Origin: the human T2T-CHM13v2.0 reference genome, Homo sapiens
Reading direction: 5' to 3'
DNA length: 64,000 nt
Assembly: GCA_009914755.4 (NCBI GenBank)
Contig: CP068257.2
Span: 34,944,001 to 35,008,000, forward strand
In this document: piece by piece, positions 62,455 through 64,000 of the stretch
How the letters are laid out: each line of letters opens with the position of its first letter
Numbering within the stretch: the stretch's first letter is position 1
The notes under the pieces: generated by a model
Told to the model about the DNA's origin: nothing
The model's database searches: none
Seen by the model: the letters and a program-made list of their open reading frames with translations, nothing else
Translations under genes and position numbers: made by a program

Positions 62455-62800
62455 GTGTATTAGTCAGTGTTGCTGCAGCAACAAACAGCCCCAGATTTTC
62501 AGTGGCCACAACAGCAAACACACCTTTCTCACTATATTACTGGGGCCCCGGCTGTTGCTCTGCTCCATGCATCTTCTCATTCTGGGACCCAAACTCAAGA
62601 AGCAGTCATGTGGGTCTCAAGGCAGAGAAAAAGAGCAAGAGGGCTGGCAGGAGATCCCACTGTACTTCTTAGATAGAGCTTGTGCAAGCACCTGGCTTAA
62701 CTCTTATTTGCTCACATTTCAGTGGCTAAAGCATGTCCCCTGGCTAAGCTCAAAGTCAAGGGACAGAGATGTATAATCCTTTAACAGGGAAGAGGGTGTG
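62455..62800. mobile_element. LTR-like repeat beginning tgtattagtcag... (ERVL/MaLR-type LTR terminus motif), family uncertain
   Basis: tgtattagtcagtgttgctgcagcaacaaacagccccagattttcagtggccacaacagc...cattctgggacccaaactcaagaagcagtcatgtgggtctcaaggcagag... The TGTATTAGTC start is a common LTR terminus (the reverse complement of ...GACTAATACA ends of MaLR LTRs). Confidence 0.35.
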
Positions 62801-62859
62801 AAGAATTGTTAATACCAACTCTAACTACCACAGATGGCACAACCCTAACTCTGTTATAT

Positions 62860-62960
62860 GCCGGGAGAAAGTGAGGCACAGAAAGGGGAAGTGGCTTGCC
62901 CAAGGTCCACAAACCAGGTAGCAGCAGAACCAGCTCTAGCACCAAATTTCCTGGCAACCA
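62860..62960 (+). mobile_element. MIR SINE fragment
   Basis: gagaaagtgaggcacagaaaggggaagtggcttgcccaaggtccacaaaccaggtagcagcagaaccagctctagcacc matches MIR gaggaaactgaggcacagagaggttaagtaacttgcccaaggtcacacagctagtaagtggcagagctgggattcgaacc. Confidence 0.65.
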
Positions 62961-63010
62961 ATCCAATGTTCTTAATCCTACTCCCAAAATTTCTTCCAAG
63001 AGATATTAAC

Positions 63011-63412
63011 TGATATGGCTTGACTCTGTCCCCACCCAAATCTCATGTTGAATTGTAATCCCCAGTGTTGGAGATGGGGCCTGGTGGGAGGTGATTGGAT
63101 CATGGGGGTGGATCCTTCATAAATGGTTTCGCACCATCCTCCCCCAGTGCTGTCTTGTGATAGAGTTCCAATGAGATCTGGTTGTTTGAAAGTGTGTGGC
63201 ATGTTCCCATTGGTTCTCTTGCTCCTGCTCCCACCATGTAAGACATACCCGCTTCCCTTTTGTCTTCCATCATGACTGTAAGCTTCCTGAGGCTTCCACA
63301 GCCATACTTCCTGTACAGCCTGCAGAACAGTGAGCCAATTAAACCTCTTTTCTTTATAAATTACTCAGTCTCAGCCATTTCTTTATAGCAATGGGACAAT
63401 GGACTAATACAT
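63011..63412 (+). mobile_element. MaLR LTR (THE1/MST-like solo LTR)
   Basis: tgatatggcttgactctgtccccacccaaatctcatgttgaattgtaatccccagtgttggagatggggcctggtgggaggtgattggatcatggggg...ccaccatgtaagacat...cagcctgcagaacagtgagccaattaaacctcttttctttataaattactcagtctcag...ggactaatacat matches MaLR LTR landmarks from memory (TGATATGGTTTGGCTGTGTCCCCACCCAAATCTCAT...GGGAGGTAATTGAATCATGGGGGC...CCATGTAAGACG...ATTAAACCTCTTTCCTTTATAAATTACCCAGTCTC...GGACTAATACA). Confidence 0.75.
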
Positions 63413-63482
63413 TAACCAACTGCGGAATGGGCAGGGAGGTCTTTGTTATAAGACAGCTCAGAGCCTTTAATATGCCATTGAG

Positions 63483-63787
<305 letters not shown>

Positions 63788-64000
63788 TCATTGAGATTTA
63801 TCATCTCCAGGTCAGGAAAGTGGGCTTCAGCTTTTCCCAACTTTTTTTTTTTAATCACAAAATCCACAGAACCATCTGAGGAGCAGCATATGGGGTTGGT
63901 GTTCCCAGGAACACACTTTGGGAAACACAGCAGCACCACACCAGCAAGTCAGATGGACTTACTGCACCACAGGCAACATGAGACTCAAGTTTTAGGTTGC

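Overview
This window is primate nuclear DNA, almost certainly human or another great ape, and not prokaryotic. The evidence is about 27 Alu SINEs, many with intact target-site duplications (TSDs) and several of the young AluY type. There is a full-length 6.1-kb L1PA LINE with a 17-bp TSD, older L1M fragments, MIR SINEs, MaLR-type LTRs, and numerous microsatellites and homopolymer tails. The supplied six-frame ORF track is uninformative here. Most listed ORFs are translations of Alu sequence (the recurring ...SLLSSWDYR...PGWSRTPDL... peptides), of L1 ORF1/ORF2 remnants, or of polypyrimidine and GC-rich tracts. I find no convincing protein-coding exon, rRNA, tRNA, CRISPR array, operon or defence system. 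The window looks like intronic or intergenic sequence with a moderate repeat load (Alu and L1 together roughly 25-30%). Items worth a second look are listed under findings: a full-length but dead L1PA, a head-to-head inverted Alu pair 15 bp apart, an Alu whose internal linker has expanded into a 190-bp (TG)n/(TA-rich)n/(CA)n tract, a (GGAA/TTCC)n microsatellite grown from an Alu tail, a G-quadruplex-prone C-rich minisatellite, and two unexplained low-copy direct duplications (about 145 bp and about 205 bp). One of those duplications is bounded by canonical splice-acceptor and splice-donor motifs. A 54-bp perfect tandem duplication and a largely Alu/L1-free GC-rich block are also noted. Repeat family names are assigned from memory of consensus sequences and should be confirmed with RepeatMasker or Dfam.
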